Origin: Candidatus Heimdallarchaeota archaeon
GTDB taxonomy: Archaea > Asgardarchaeota > Heimdallarchaeia > JABLTI01
Direction: 5' to 3'
Length of the DNA stretch: 32,000 nucleotides
NCBI GenBank assembly: GCA_030614005.1
Contig: JAUWKS010000031.1
Location: 6,096 to 38,095, forward strand
Shown here: in pieces, positions 9,560 through 18,267 of the stretch
How the letters are laid out: every line of letters begins with the position of its first letter
Position numbering within the stretch: position 1 is the first letter of the stretch
Notes under the pieces: model-generated
What the model was told of the DNA's origin: nothing
Database searches by the model: none
The model's input: the letters and a program-made list of their open reading frames with translations, nothing else
Position numbers and translations under genes: made by a program

Positions 9560-10165
9560 ATGAAGAAATCAGTAGATGGGTTGGATTTAGTCATTCCGGA
9601 TAATGTCTATGATCCTGCTGAAGATTCTTTTCTGTTAGCTGAGAATGTAGTTATTCAATCAAATCAGAAAATCTTAGAAGTAGGTTCGGGTTCTGGGTAT
9701 GTTTCTCTCTATTTAGCACAAAAATTCCCATTAGCAGAATATTTTTGTTTGGATGTAAATTTTTCCGCAGCAATTACCACTCATCAGAATGCTATAAGGA
9801 ATGAAATGAATTTACATGTTTACTCGTCAAATTTATTCACTGCAACAATATCCCAAAATAATTTCAAACAGTTTTTTGATATAGTGTTATTCAACTCACC
9901 TTACCTCCCGTATGCAGATAAAGGCGTGCTAGAAAAAGCTTGGTCAGGAGGAAGAGATGGCCTGGAGGTTATTATTCCATTTATTGAGAATCTTTCAATG
10001 GTTCTGAAATCGGCTGGAGTAGTTTATTTAGTTGTCTCTTCGAAAACGAATCTTTCTAAATTGATTGAACTATTTAATTCAAATCACTTTCTCTACAAAA
10101 TGCTTGATAAAGTATCTGAAGGAAAAGAGGAGATTATTCTCTATAAATTAGTAAGAAAATTATAA
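9560..10165 (+). CDS. hemK: HemK2/N6AMT1-like SAM methyltransferase (archaeal release-factor glutamine methyltransferase family)
   Basis: VYDPAEDSFLL, ILEVGSGSGYV, FNSPYLP (NPPY variant), WSGGRDG, LVVSS. Follows rsmA, as is common in archaea. Confidence 0.85.
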   Translation: MKKSVDGLDLVIPDNVYDPAEDSFLLAENVVIQSNQKILEVGSGSGYVSLYLAQKFPLAEYFCLDVNFSAAITTHQNAIRNEMNLHVYSSNLFTATISQNNFKQFFDIVLFNSPYLPYADKGVLEKAWSGGRDGLEVIIPFIENLSMVLKSAGVVYLVVSSKTNLSKLIELFNSNHFLYKMLDKVSEGKEEIILYKLVRKL

Positions 10166-10268
10166 CAATTCTTTATTGTTGACTCATTTTTTTCTTAATA
10201 ATCCAATTAATTTAATTAATGAGGTTGTCAATAACTACTATTGTTGATGTATAAAGGAGTAAAAGGAC

Positions 10269-11237
10269 TTGGCAAATAAAAAGGAAAAAGATTACGTCGC
10301 TTGGTACATTCTTGCACTATTTGATTTTGGTTTACCTATCTCTAACCTCTCATCAAGACAACAAGATGAATTGTGGATAAAAATACTAAAATCATTCAAG
10401 AAAATGATACCACATCCTGATTTCTTTCTAAAAGGTACCATTAAGGAAATCGATATGCCAAGTTTCGATGAATCATTTAAACTTGCAACAGTAGATCCCT
10501 ACACTTCATATGTGGATATAATTAGATCACCCCTTATCGGTTTTTATAATCAAAGATTGATAATTCGGTTGACATTGGGGTTAGAAGAATTTTTTGACAT
10601 TAAAGAACATAGAGATGATATTCTTCGTGATTTAAAATTTGTTTTTGAAGACTTGAAAGGAGTCAAAGTTTCTGCAGAAGACCCTGATGGCGTTGGGGAA
10701 AAACCTTGGGAAATAAAAGATATCTTTTATTATCCATTGATAATCGTAAAAAATGGTGCGGATTTCATTAAAGAAGAGTACAAATATTCTAGGCTACACA
10801 ATGTCGATCCGATATTTTCAATTCCTAGTACTGCTTTAACTTATACTTTGCCCGAAAGAGGTAAATGGTTTAGTTTATTTAGTTTTAAAGAACATTTTAT
10901 TCGAGTTAGCGTTAGAAGTGTTATGGTCTTCTGTGACGGTTGGATTCCACACGAGTTTAAACAGACGCTAATCAATGCAATTTATCAAGGTGGAATTTAT
11001 GAACAAATGCGTCGTTTACGAAGTGACTCTAAACCAGTAACAAGACAACGAATGCGTGCAATAGATGATGATATTCTTTTGAAACTAGCTGACGTAATTA
11101 AAGACATGTTGAAAACTAATATTGATTCTGCACGGATAGCAGAAAAACAGCGCTTCATTAGTTTCTTCATTGCTTCTCTATCATTTCTAATTTCAGTTAT
11201 TGCCTTTATAATTAGCATTCTAACAATCCTTCTCTAA
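10269..11237 (+). CDS. Hypothetical protein with C-terminal hydrophobic membrane segment
   Basis: 322-aa ORF, AGGAG SD, TTG start. About 27 hydrophobic C-terminal residues. No family recognised. Confidence 0.7.
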   Translation: MANKKEKDYVAWYILALFDFGLPISNLSSRQQDELWIKILKSFKKMIPHPDFFLKGTIKEIDMPSFDESFKLATVDPYTSYVDIIRSPLIGFYNQRLIIRLTLGLEEFFDIKEHRDDILRDLKFVFEDLKGVKVSAEDPDGVGEKPWEIKDIFYYPLIIVKNGADFIKEEYKYSRLHNVDPIFSIPSTALTYTLPERGKWFSLFSFKEHFIRVSVRSVMVFCDGWIPHEFKQTLINAIYQGGIYEQMRRLRSDSKPVTRQRMRAIDDDILLKLADVIKDMLKTNIDSARIAEKQRFISFFIASLSFLISVIAFIISILTILL

Positions 11238-11261
11238 GAATTTAAGGATGGCAAACCGAGC

Positions 11262-12023
11262 CTATTCTTTCCCTATAAGCAAATTTTGTATGATATAATG
11301 CGCTTTGCTTGTATCTCCTCTAGGAATGAGATAGAAATTAACTGTGCTCCCCTTTGCCTCTTCCATTTTTCTATCGGATTCAGAATCTCCAAAAGCATAC
11401 CATTTCTTGACTTCCTTTTCAGGGTCTAACTTTTTAATCGCTGTTTCTGCTCCTTTTTTCTTGCTAGCAGAAATGGGTAAAATATCTGCAGCATAAGGAT
11501 TCGCTTCTAATCTCAATAGATCACTATAATCTTCAATAATTGGTTCAATTAATTCCTGATAAACTTCAATAGTCAAACCGAATGTAGGCATTGTTCTAAA
11601 AGTTAACATTATTTCCTTTGGTTCAATCCATAGTGCTCTTTTTTGTGGAGCTTGATAGCTAACAATCGTTTCTAAATCTCTATCAAAACAAATTTCATCA
11701 ATTATTTTCTTCTTAACTTCCGCAAGAGCATTTTTGGTATCTGGATTTATTCTTCCCTTCCTCTTTTTACCCTTGTGCCATACAACAAGACCAAATTCAC
11801 CGAAAATTTGTATGTGATCCTTCAAAGATTCATTAATATGTTCAAAGAATATTTGTCTCACCCAAATGACACTTCTCCCTGTAACTAACCCTATTGGATG
11901 TTTTCTCTTTCTAATTGCTTCTAGATCATTAATGATGAGAAGATCAACGATTGAATCGTTTCCCCGATAGTAGGTCAATGTACCATCTACATCGAAGAGA
12001 AATCCAATTTTTGGTATATTCAT
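11262..12023 (-). CDS. HAD-superfamily phosphatase, subfamily IIB (Cof/TPP-like cap)
   Basis: FLFDVDGTLT (DxD), LVTGRS, SKKKG, FGDSESD. Start moved to ATG 12023 (or TTG 12026) because of the GGAG upstream. Confidence 0.88.
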   Translation of the reverse strand: MNIPKIGFLFDVDGTLTYYRGNDSIVDLLIINDLEAIRKRKHPIGLVTGRSVIWVRQIFFEHINESLKDHIQIFGEFGLVVWHKGKKRKGRINPDTKNALAEVKKKIIDEICFDRDLETIVSYQAPQKRALWIEPKEIMLTFRTMPTFGLTIEVYQELIEPIIEDYSDLLRLEANPYAADILPISASKKKGAETAIKKLDPEKEVKKWYAFGDSESDRKMEEAKGSTVNFYLIPRGDTSKAHYIIQNLLIGKE

Positions 12024-12223
12024 CAAGAGAGTGTAACTCCAATTAATACTCACAATTGATTGTTATAAAGATTATTTCGAACAAGCAATAATAAAATCAC
12101 TTTTTTATAATTAGTTATTCTACTGACATGTTTATTAATCAGCAAAAATTCTGTGCTTACATAAGATTTTGTCGAAGGTTTTACGAATTGATTAGAGATG
12201 ATTTAATTATTGAAGAAGATTTA

Positions 12224-13585
12224 ATGAGTATCGATAAATCTTCTCAAGATGATGAAATGCCTCCTAGCTTAATGGAAGTGCTTTCAAACAAATCATTTTT
12301 TATTGCATTCTCAGGCCACATTTTTGAAATGCTAGGTGCAAGTGCAATGTATATTGCCCTTATGTTTCTAATATATTCTTACACACAAAGTGTTACAATG
12401 ATAGGAATATTTCAAATAGTTACAATGCTTCCAGCCATTTTTCTTGCTCCTTTTGCTGGTGTAATCGTAGATAGAACGGATCAACGAAAAATAATGCTGT
12501 TTTCTATAGCTATACGTTTAGTAACTGCTGTAGGATTGGCTATTGTTTATTTTTTCCATAATACTATACACAGTAATCTGTATTTGATATTATTATATGT
12601 GATTTTTACAATAAGAGTTTCAATTTGGCCCTTTTTCTCTCCCGCAAAGAGTGCATATACAAAACTAATAATCCCAAAGAGAAATTTGTTAAAAGCAAAT
12701 TCTTTTAGCTCGACTGCATTGAAAATTGCAGGAGTGTTAGGGCCAATTATTTCCGGTGCACTTATCGCTATTAATTATTCAATTGGATTCATTTTTGCAA
12801 TTGCTGCTTCAACAATTTCAATTTTGTTTTTCTTGTTACTGGTTTTTACAGGGCAAAAGCCTCCTACAAATGAGCATTCTCTTGAAGAGTTTAGAAACTC
12901 GAAATCCAAGTTTAGAATTGTTGCAGATGATTTTAAAGTTGGAATCGATGCAATAAAATCCTCACCAAAAATCGGATATGTAATAGTGATTTTAGCATTT
13001 GTTCATTTTGCATTTGCTGGGATTGACATTATGTGGCCTGTAATATTGCAATCTCCAACCGAAATGAATCTTAATAGCACTTGGTTTGGTGCCATGGAAT
13101 CTGTGATTGCTGGTGCTGCAATTCTAGCTGGATTGGTTGTGATGTTCTTTAAGCGTATTGACCGAAAGATCATACTTATGACGGGCTTCCAAGTGCTAGA
13201 AGGACTAGCAATGATTTTAATGGCATTTATCCGTAATGAATGGTTAATGATTTTTCTAATAATGTTACCCTTTGGAATAGTAAATGGTTTTTATAACATC
13301 GCTTTTGAAACATTGGTCCAAGAAAATACCCCGTATGAAAAACAAGGTCGGGTTTTCAGTGTAGAATATTTTCTAAGTTCATTAACCCTTACAATAGGAT
13401 TAACAATAATAACTTTGATTACTATGTTTATTGAAAATATTCCACCAGGTGTTTTTCTATATATAGCTGGTGGCATTGAATTGGTTGTTTTATTGGTTGG
13501 TTTTCTTTTTATTTTTAAGAAAAAACTATATACTTCGGATTATCCTATAAGCGAAACTATTGTACAAACCAAAGATATTCAATAA
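12224..13585 (+). CDS. MFS transporter (DHA3/macrolide-efflux-like)
   Basis: About 12 hydrophobic segments. PFAGVIVDRTDQRKIM (MFS motif A), ANSF, TLVQENTPYEKQGRVFS. Alternative in-frame ATG at 12128 lies near a TTTTTATA box. Confidence 0.9.
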   Translation: MSIDKSSQDDEMPPSLMEVLSNKSFFIAFSGHIFEMLGASAMYIALMFLIYSYTQSVTMIGIFQIVTMLPAIFLAPFAGVIVDRTDQRKIMLFSIAIRLVTAVGLAIVYFFHNTIHSNLYLILLYVIFTIRVSIWPFFSPAKSAYTKLIIPKRNLLKANSFSSTALKIAGVLGPIISGALIAINYSIGFIFAIAASTISILFFLLLVFTGQKPPTNEHSLEEFRNSKSKFRIVADDFKVGIDAIKSSPKIGYVIVILAFVHFAFAGIDIMWPVILQSPTEMNLNSTWFGAMESVIAGAAILAGLVVMFFKRIDRKIILMTGFQVLEGLAMILMAFIRNEWLMIFLIMLPFGIVNGFYNIAFETLVQENTPYEKQGRVFSVEYFLSSLTLTIGLTIITLITMFIENIPPGVFLYIAGGIELVVLLVGFLFIFKKKLYTSDYPISETIVQTKDIQ

Positions 13586-13630
13586 ATGATAAATTCCATT
13601 CTTTAAAATTGTTTTTTGAAGAAAAATTAG

Positions 13631-13655
13631 ATTAAACTTCTGGTACTTTTTTATA
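13631..13655 (+). repeat. 25-bp direct repeat, copy 1 (ATTAAACTTCTGGTACTTTTTTATA), ending in a TATA-like box
   Basis: 24/25 identical to 15090-15114; both copies are preceded by AAAATT(AG/GA). Confidence 0.8.
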
Positions 13656-13788
13656 TTGATACGCTTTCAGCATCACTCAAAATGCTACTATTGAATAGTT
13701 CTCATTATATTAGAAATTCGTTATTTCCTCAAGATTTATTTTCTACTTATGACAATAGGAACTAAATTATTCTTTCGAGTGAATCAAA

Positions 13789-15063
13789 TTGCTACGGGAA
13801 CTAAATGAGCTGGAATACATTGGTTATGCATTAGGCCAACCTTTCAATGTTGCAGTGATGCTCAAACTTCAAGGTCAAATATCAGCTGATTTGTTAGTTT
13901 CAACACTATCCAAACTTCAGAAGAGGCACCCATTATTACAGACTAGAATTATTTTCGATGATAAACAGCGCCCTTGGCTAACTTCTGAAGGAGTTGGTTC
14001 AATTCCAGTAACAATTATAGCTCGAGAGAATGAGTCTCAAGGTATAGATGAACTAAACAGACAACTAGCAACTTCTTTTGATCTTGAAAATGAAGAATTG
14101 CCATTAGCGAGAGTTATTTTATTTTCATCACCTGAAAGATCTGAATTGATCATTTGTGCTCTTCATATCATAACAGACGGAATGTCTATGACTCATTTTA
14201 TTAAAGACTTTGTAAAATACATGGCGAATCCAGATGAACCAATAATACCATTAGAATTACCAACTAAGGATATTAATCCATTAACAAAGAAAGTATTAAG
14301 AATAATTCCGAAATCAAAATTGTCTGTATATGTGATTTATGCTTTTTTAAGAATCTACAATTTTACTAGGTATCTATTTACAGGTAGAAGAAAAACAGCT
14401 AAATTCAACATACAAGAAAAAGACATGGCAGTCTATTCTTGTCAATTTAATCAAAAACAAACACAAGAATTCTTAGAGAGAAGCAAAAAGGAAAAAGTTT
14501 CTATTCATAGCTCTTTATGTACAGCGTTTTTATCTGAATATCCAATAATAGCTACTACAGTAAACCTTAGAAAAAGATTAAGACATAAAATAGGAGAGTC
14601 ATTTGGTTTTTACTCAAGTGTTATTGTTTTTAATAAAAGATATAATAAATCTCAAGGTTTTTGGAGCAATGCTCGTAAGTTTCAAAGAAAATTGCGCTGG
14701 AATTTACGAGATAGAAAGGTGTATCTAATTCACAGACTCCTTCTAAAGAAAGCTTCATTTAAGTTTCTACAAAAAATAAGCACATATTATACTGAAATTG
14801 CTACAAATAAGAATCCTTTTTCAGTCAACAATCTTGGTTCGTTGGAAGATTTTGCTCAAACTATTGACAATGAAGATTTTATTAAAATAGATTCATTTTT
14901 TGGTGGAGTCACTAGTTTTCTCAATACATTTATTGTTCTGGTCTATACTTTTAGAAATGAAATGCATTTACATTATCACTATCCAACTGAGCTTTATTCT
15001 TTAGATAATATAATTTCTATCTCTGAAACAGCTAAAGAAAGAATATTGAATGCACTAAAATGA
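13789..15063 (+). CDS. Standalone condensation-domain / CoA-dependent acyltransferase (PapA5/alcohol acetyltransferase-like)
   Basis: LQKRHPLLQTRI, PLARVIL, HIITDGMS (HxxxDG catalytic motif), VNLRKRL, VNNLG. GAGTGA SD, TTG start. Confidence 0.85.
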   Translation: MLRELNELEYIGYALGQPFNVAVMLKLQGQISADLLVSTLSKLQKRHPLLQTRIIFDDKQRPWLTSEGVGSIPVTIIARENESQGIDELNRQLATSFDLENEELPLARVILFSSPERSELIICALHIITDGMSMTHFIKDFVKYMANPDEPIIPLELPTKDINPLTKKVLRIIPKSKLSVYVIYAFLRIYNFTRYLFTGRRKTAKFNIQEKDMAVYSCQFNQKQTQEFLERSKKEKVSIHSSLCTAFLSEYPIIATTVNLRKRLRHKIGESFGFYSSVIVFNKRYNKSQGFWSNARKFQRKLRWNLRDRKVYLIHRLLLKKASFKFLQKISTYYTEIATNKNPFSVNNLGSLEDFAQTIDNEDFIKIDSFFGGVTSFLNTFIVLVYTFRNEMHLHYHYPTELYSLDNIISISETAKERILNALK

Positions 15064-15089
15064 AGAGAAGTGATAAAGGTAAAAATTGA

Positions 15090-15114
15090 ATTAAACTTCT
15101 GGTGCTTTTTTATA
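15090..15114 (+). repeat. 25-bp direct repeat, copy 2 (ATTAAACTTCTGGTGCTTTTTTATA); probable promoter of the TIM-barrel gene
   Basis: Near-identical to 13631-13655. TTTATA lies about 40 nt before TTG 15152, with a GAGGT SD in between. Confidence 0.8.
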
Positions 15115-15151
15115 GTAGAACGAGTATTGGATTAATGAGGTAGGAAAATAA

Positions 15152-15988
15152 TTGAAAATTGGTGCTTCTTTTACATTGGAAAAATTGCAGTTAGCAGATC
15201 TCGTTGCAGCAAAACGAATTGGGTTTGATTTTGTTGAGTTCTACATTGGAGATTATTATGCAGATGTAGACGAACTCAATTTGCAATTAATTGCAATTAG
15301 AGAGATTATTGATTCTTATGATCTATTTACAGTAATTCATTTAGCACATCTAAACACACAAATTATATCTGATGTTGCACTGTGGACGGATTATGTTGAT
15401 CGAATATCAGATGAGATAGAATTAATTGGAAAATTGGGCATAACTAAAAAATTAGTTTTTCATGGCGTATTTGGTCATACAGAAGATCCTAAAGATGTTT
15501 CACTAGAAAAGTTATCTGAAGCGAAAGATGCTGCAATTAGTGAATGGATAAAAATTGCTAAGCGGAATAATCTTCAAATGTTGCTTGAAAATACAGACGA
15601 ATCTGTAGATGATCTCAAACCTGTTTTCAAAAAACACAAAGATTTAGGTTTTACTTTTGATATTGGACATGCAAATATCATCTTTCCTGGAACGGCTCAT
15701 AAAACCTCTGAAGAAAAAATCTACTCTCTGCTTGAAACATTCAAGAAACAATTGAAACATATTCATTTACACGACAATTTTGGTGGATATTCTGAGCAAG
15801 CGGATATTCATTTACCAATAGGTACGGCTTCCATTGATTTCAAAAGATTTATTTCAAAATTAAAAGAAATGAACTACACTGAAACAATTACTCTCGAGAT
15901 ATATAATCGAGAATTTTTACCTATCTATTTGGAAGCATCTTTTCTAGCTTTGATGGAAATTTTCTCTGATTGCGGTATCAAGCCCTAA
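15152..15988 (+). CDS. Sugar phosphate isomerase/epimerase family TIM barrel (AP endonuclease 2 fold)
   Basis: GFDFVEF, VIHL, VFHG, LLENT, TFDIGHANI, HIHLHDNFG..DIHLPIGTASIDF, ITLEI. Confidence 0.88.
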   Translation: MKIGASFTLEKLQLADLVAAKRIGFDFVEFYIGDYYADVDELNLQLIAIREIIDSYDLFTVIHLAHLNTQIISDVALWTDYVDRISDEIELIGKLGITKKLVFHGVFGHTEDPKDVSLEKLSEAKDAAISEWIKIAKRNNLQMLLENTDESVDDLKPVFKKHKDLGFTFDIGHANIIFPGTAHKTSEEKIYSLLETFKKQLKHIHLHDNFGGYSEQADIHLPIGTASIDFKRFISKLKEMNYTETITLEIYNREFLPIYLEASFLALMEIFSDCGIKP

Positions 15989-16041
15989 TTTAGCTACCTT
16001 AAAATAAGCGTCTCTAACCAACCTCTTCTGAGGAAACATAA

Positions 16042-16803
16042 ATGAATAATTTGTCATTAGAAGAAAAAATAGAACTAACAGCTGAATGGATTGCGAATTC
16101 AAAACATCTCGTAGCATTTACTGGTGCTGGGATAAGTACTCAATCTGGCATTCCCGATTTTCGAGGACCAGATGGAGTTTGGACGAGAAGAGATAAGGGT
16201 TTACCTCCGCCAAAAATAAAAAAAGATTGGTCTGAAATTGGTCCAAATGAAGGTCATCTCGTACTCGTAGAATTACAAAAAATGGGTTTGCTCAAATTTT
16301 TGATAACTCAAAATACTGATAATCTTCATAGGCGGTCTGGAATTGATTTTGATTCAATTTCTGAATTACATGGTAATGGCACATTGTTGAAGTGCCTCTC
16401 GTGTGACAAAAGAATGACTTATGGAGAAGCAGGTTGGGATAAGAATATCCTTGGACCGGGTTATTTAACACAACCAACCAAACCAGCGCAACCGAACTGC
16501 CCTCATTGTCAAGGAAGATTGATATCTTCAGTAATTAACTTTGGAGATCCAATGCCTGAATATGATTTCAAAATTGCACACGAACATTCAGAAAAATCAG
16601 ATGTTTATTTGATGATCGGCTCTTCTCTTGTGGTTAATCCTGCAGCAGATTTACCAATTTTAGCAATGGACAATGATGCTAAAACAATTCTGATTAACAT
16701 TGGTGAAACTCCATTAGATGAAAAAGTGGATATTAAAATCGAAGAAAAAATTGGTGGAATACTAACTCAAATCTTATCGAAGGTCAAGGCAAAACTAGTT
16801 TAG
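16042..16803 (+). CDS. NAD-dependent protein deacylase, Sir2 family
   Basis: FTGAGISTQSGIPDFRG, TQNTDNLH, ELHGN, CLSC...CPHC zinc site, GSSLVVNPAA, INIGETPLD; GAGGA SD. Confidence 0.95.
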   Translation: MNNLSLEEKIELTAEWIANSKHLVAFTGAGISTQSGIPDFRGPDGVWTRRDKGLPPPKIKKDWSEIGPNEGHLVLVELQKMGLLKFLITQNTDNLHRRSGIDFDSISELHGNGTLLKCLSCDKRMTYGEAGWDKNILGPGYLTQPTKPAQPNCPHCQGRLISSVINFGDPMPEYDFKIAHEHSEKSDVYLMIGSSLVVNPAADLPILAMDNDAKTILINIGETPLDEKVDIKIEEKIGGILTQILSKVKAKLV

Positions 16804-16812
16804 CTTTGCTTT

Positions 16813-17142
16813 TCATATTTGAGACCATTTAATACTGATTTGAAATGATTTTGCAGATGCACGATAATATTTCATTACAATGCTGAATTCATTTACTTTT
16901 TCACGTGAGATAAATACTAAATGATTTTCTAATAGATCAGTTAGATGACGTTTAACTGTTCCTGGATTCATACCAGTTGCATGCTTCAAATCAATGATGG
17001 TCATTTCTTTACTGATAAGAAGTTTAAGAATTTCTTCTTTTTTAGGATGGAAAAGAATTGGAACAGCATCAGGATTAGTTATTTGCATCTCATCTTGAAT
17101 AAAGGCTATTTTTTTTCCTTCAGTCTCTTCTGATTCATTCAT
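16813..17142 (-). CDS. Winged-helix transcription regulator (ArsR-like)
   Basis: LFHPKKEEILKLL..KEMTIIDLKHATGMNPGTVKRHLTDLLENHLV..KYYRA. Confidence 0.85.
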   Translation of the reverse strand: MNESEETEGKKIAFIQDEMQITNPDAVPILFHPKKEEILKLLISKEMTIIDLKHATGMNPGTVKRHLTDLLENHLVFISREKVNEFSIVMKYYRASAKSFQISIKWSQI

Positions 17143-17168
17143 TTAACTTTCACACCCTATGATTGTAA

Positions 17169-18092
17169 TTATTTTTCCCTAGTCTTTTCTTCCCCATTGT
17201 TTTTCAGCTGATTGTGGTCCAAATCATCATGATTTTCAGTCAATGGTTTAAATCTTTCAAAATCAACACTGTTGTATACTCTTGTAGAAATTAGTGTTTT
17301 TAATGGATATCCAATAAAGAGATAGACGAGATAGAGTAGTAAAGCGAAGATATCAAATATTAGAAACAATCTATTTGGGCCCAAGAAATTGTGGAGTTCC
17401 ATACGCACAAAAGATAATGCTACTATTGGAAAGATAAAAATAAAAAAATACGTTCCCCAGGTTTTGAGGATTCGCATTGGATGCTTTCTTAAGATACGGA
17501 AAGTTTCTACAAAACTGTTTTTGAAACTTCCTTGTGCTGTTACACTCGGTAGGGTTCCACTTGAAATTACTATAAAGATAAAATAGATCATTAGTTGTAT
17601 AACCATAATTCCGATGTCAAAGTAAATATTACTTGTTATTTCATTAAACTCAAGATATTCTCTTCTTCTTGGAATGAATATACTAACTACTGAGATGAGC
17701 GAAAATAGCATATACTGCCACCAAAATCTCTGAAAATATTTGAATGCTCGTTTAAATTCAGAGAACATATCACCAGAAGACATCACATCATAAGCAAGTC
17801 CATATTGACAATTAAGAAAACTCACTACCAAAGTGTGTGTGATACCCATAAAAATTGTTCCGATAATTGAATACCGGATATCATCTCTATTTTTAATATT
17901 TGATATAACACCACTAAAGGTAAGAGATGGTACAGAGGCAATAACCATAGCAAAGATACCGCCAGCAAGTAGGAGTGCTAAAATGAAGGATATGAAGACA
18001 AAAAGCTCTGTCATTAGAAAAGCTCTATAATTAGCTTTTAGCAGTTTCCAACTTATTTTATAATCAAGTTTGACTTCAGATTCTTTGGACAT
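17169..18092 (-). CDS. Multi-pass membrane protein of unknown function
   Basis: 307-aa ORF with about 6-7 hydrophobic segments; same strand as and adjacent to the ArsR-like gene. Confidence 0.75.
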   Translation of the reverse strand: MSKESEVKLDYKISWKLLKANYRAFLMTELFVFISFILALLLAGGIFAMVIASVPSLTFSGVISNIKNRDDIRYSIIGTIFMGITHTLVVSFLNCQYGLAYDVMSSGDMFSEFKRAFKYFQRFWWQYMLFSLISVVSIFIPRRREYLEFNEITSNIYFDIGIMVIQLMIYFIFIVISSGTLPSVTAQGSFKNSFVETFRILRKHPMRILKTWGTYFFIFIFPIVALSFVRMELHNFLGPNRLFLIFDIFALLLYLVYLFIGYPLKTLISTRVYNSVDFERFKPLTENHDDLDHNQLKNNGEEKTREK

Positions 18093-18221
18093 ACAGCATC
18101 TCTCGTTTGCTTTTTTAAATGCCTTTCACAATAATTATTTATGTGGATACAACCATAATAGAAAGCATCTGATTTTAGGTTTTTGTTTAGTTTTCTTATT
18201 TTTATTAGAAAATGAAAAAGA

Positions 18222-18248
18222 AAAAGAGCGTTGAGCGTTCGCTCTTTT
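18222..18248 (-). terminator. Stem-loop plus U-tract terminator after the ABC permease
   Basis: AAAAGAGCG-9nt-CGCTCTTTT, 9-bp perfect stem. On the minus strand it is followed by TTTTTCTTTTTC. About 20 nt after stop 18268. Confidence 0.65.
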
Positions 18249-18267
18249 CTTTTCCGTGAGTCCTAGT

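Noticed and set aside
13631-15114. Direct repeats as integron attC sites
   Set aside because: No RYYYAAC...GTTRRRY inverted core or hairpin symmetry, and no integrase in view.
18212-18259. Plus-strand MKKKKSVERSLFSFP mini-ORF
   Set aside because: By-product of the A-tract/hairpin/T-tract terminator sequence.
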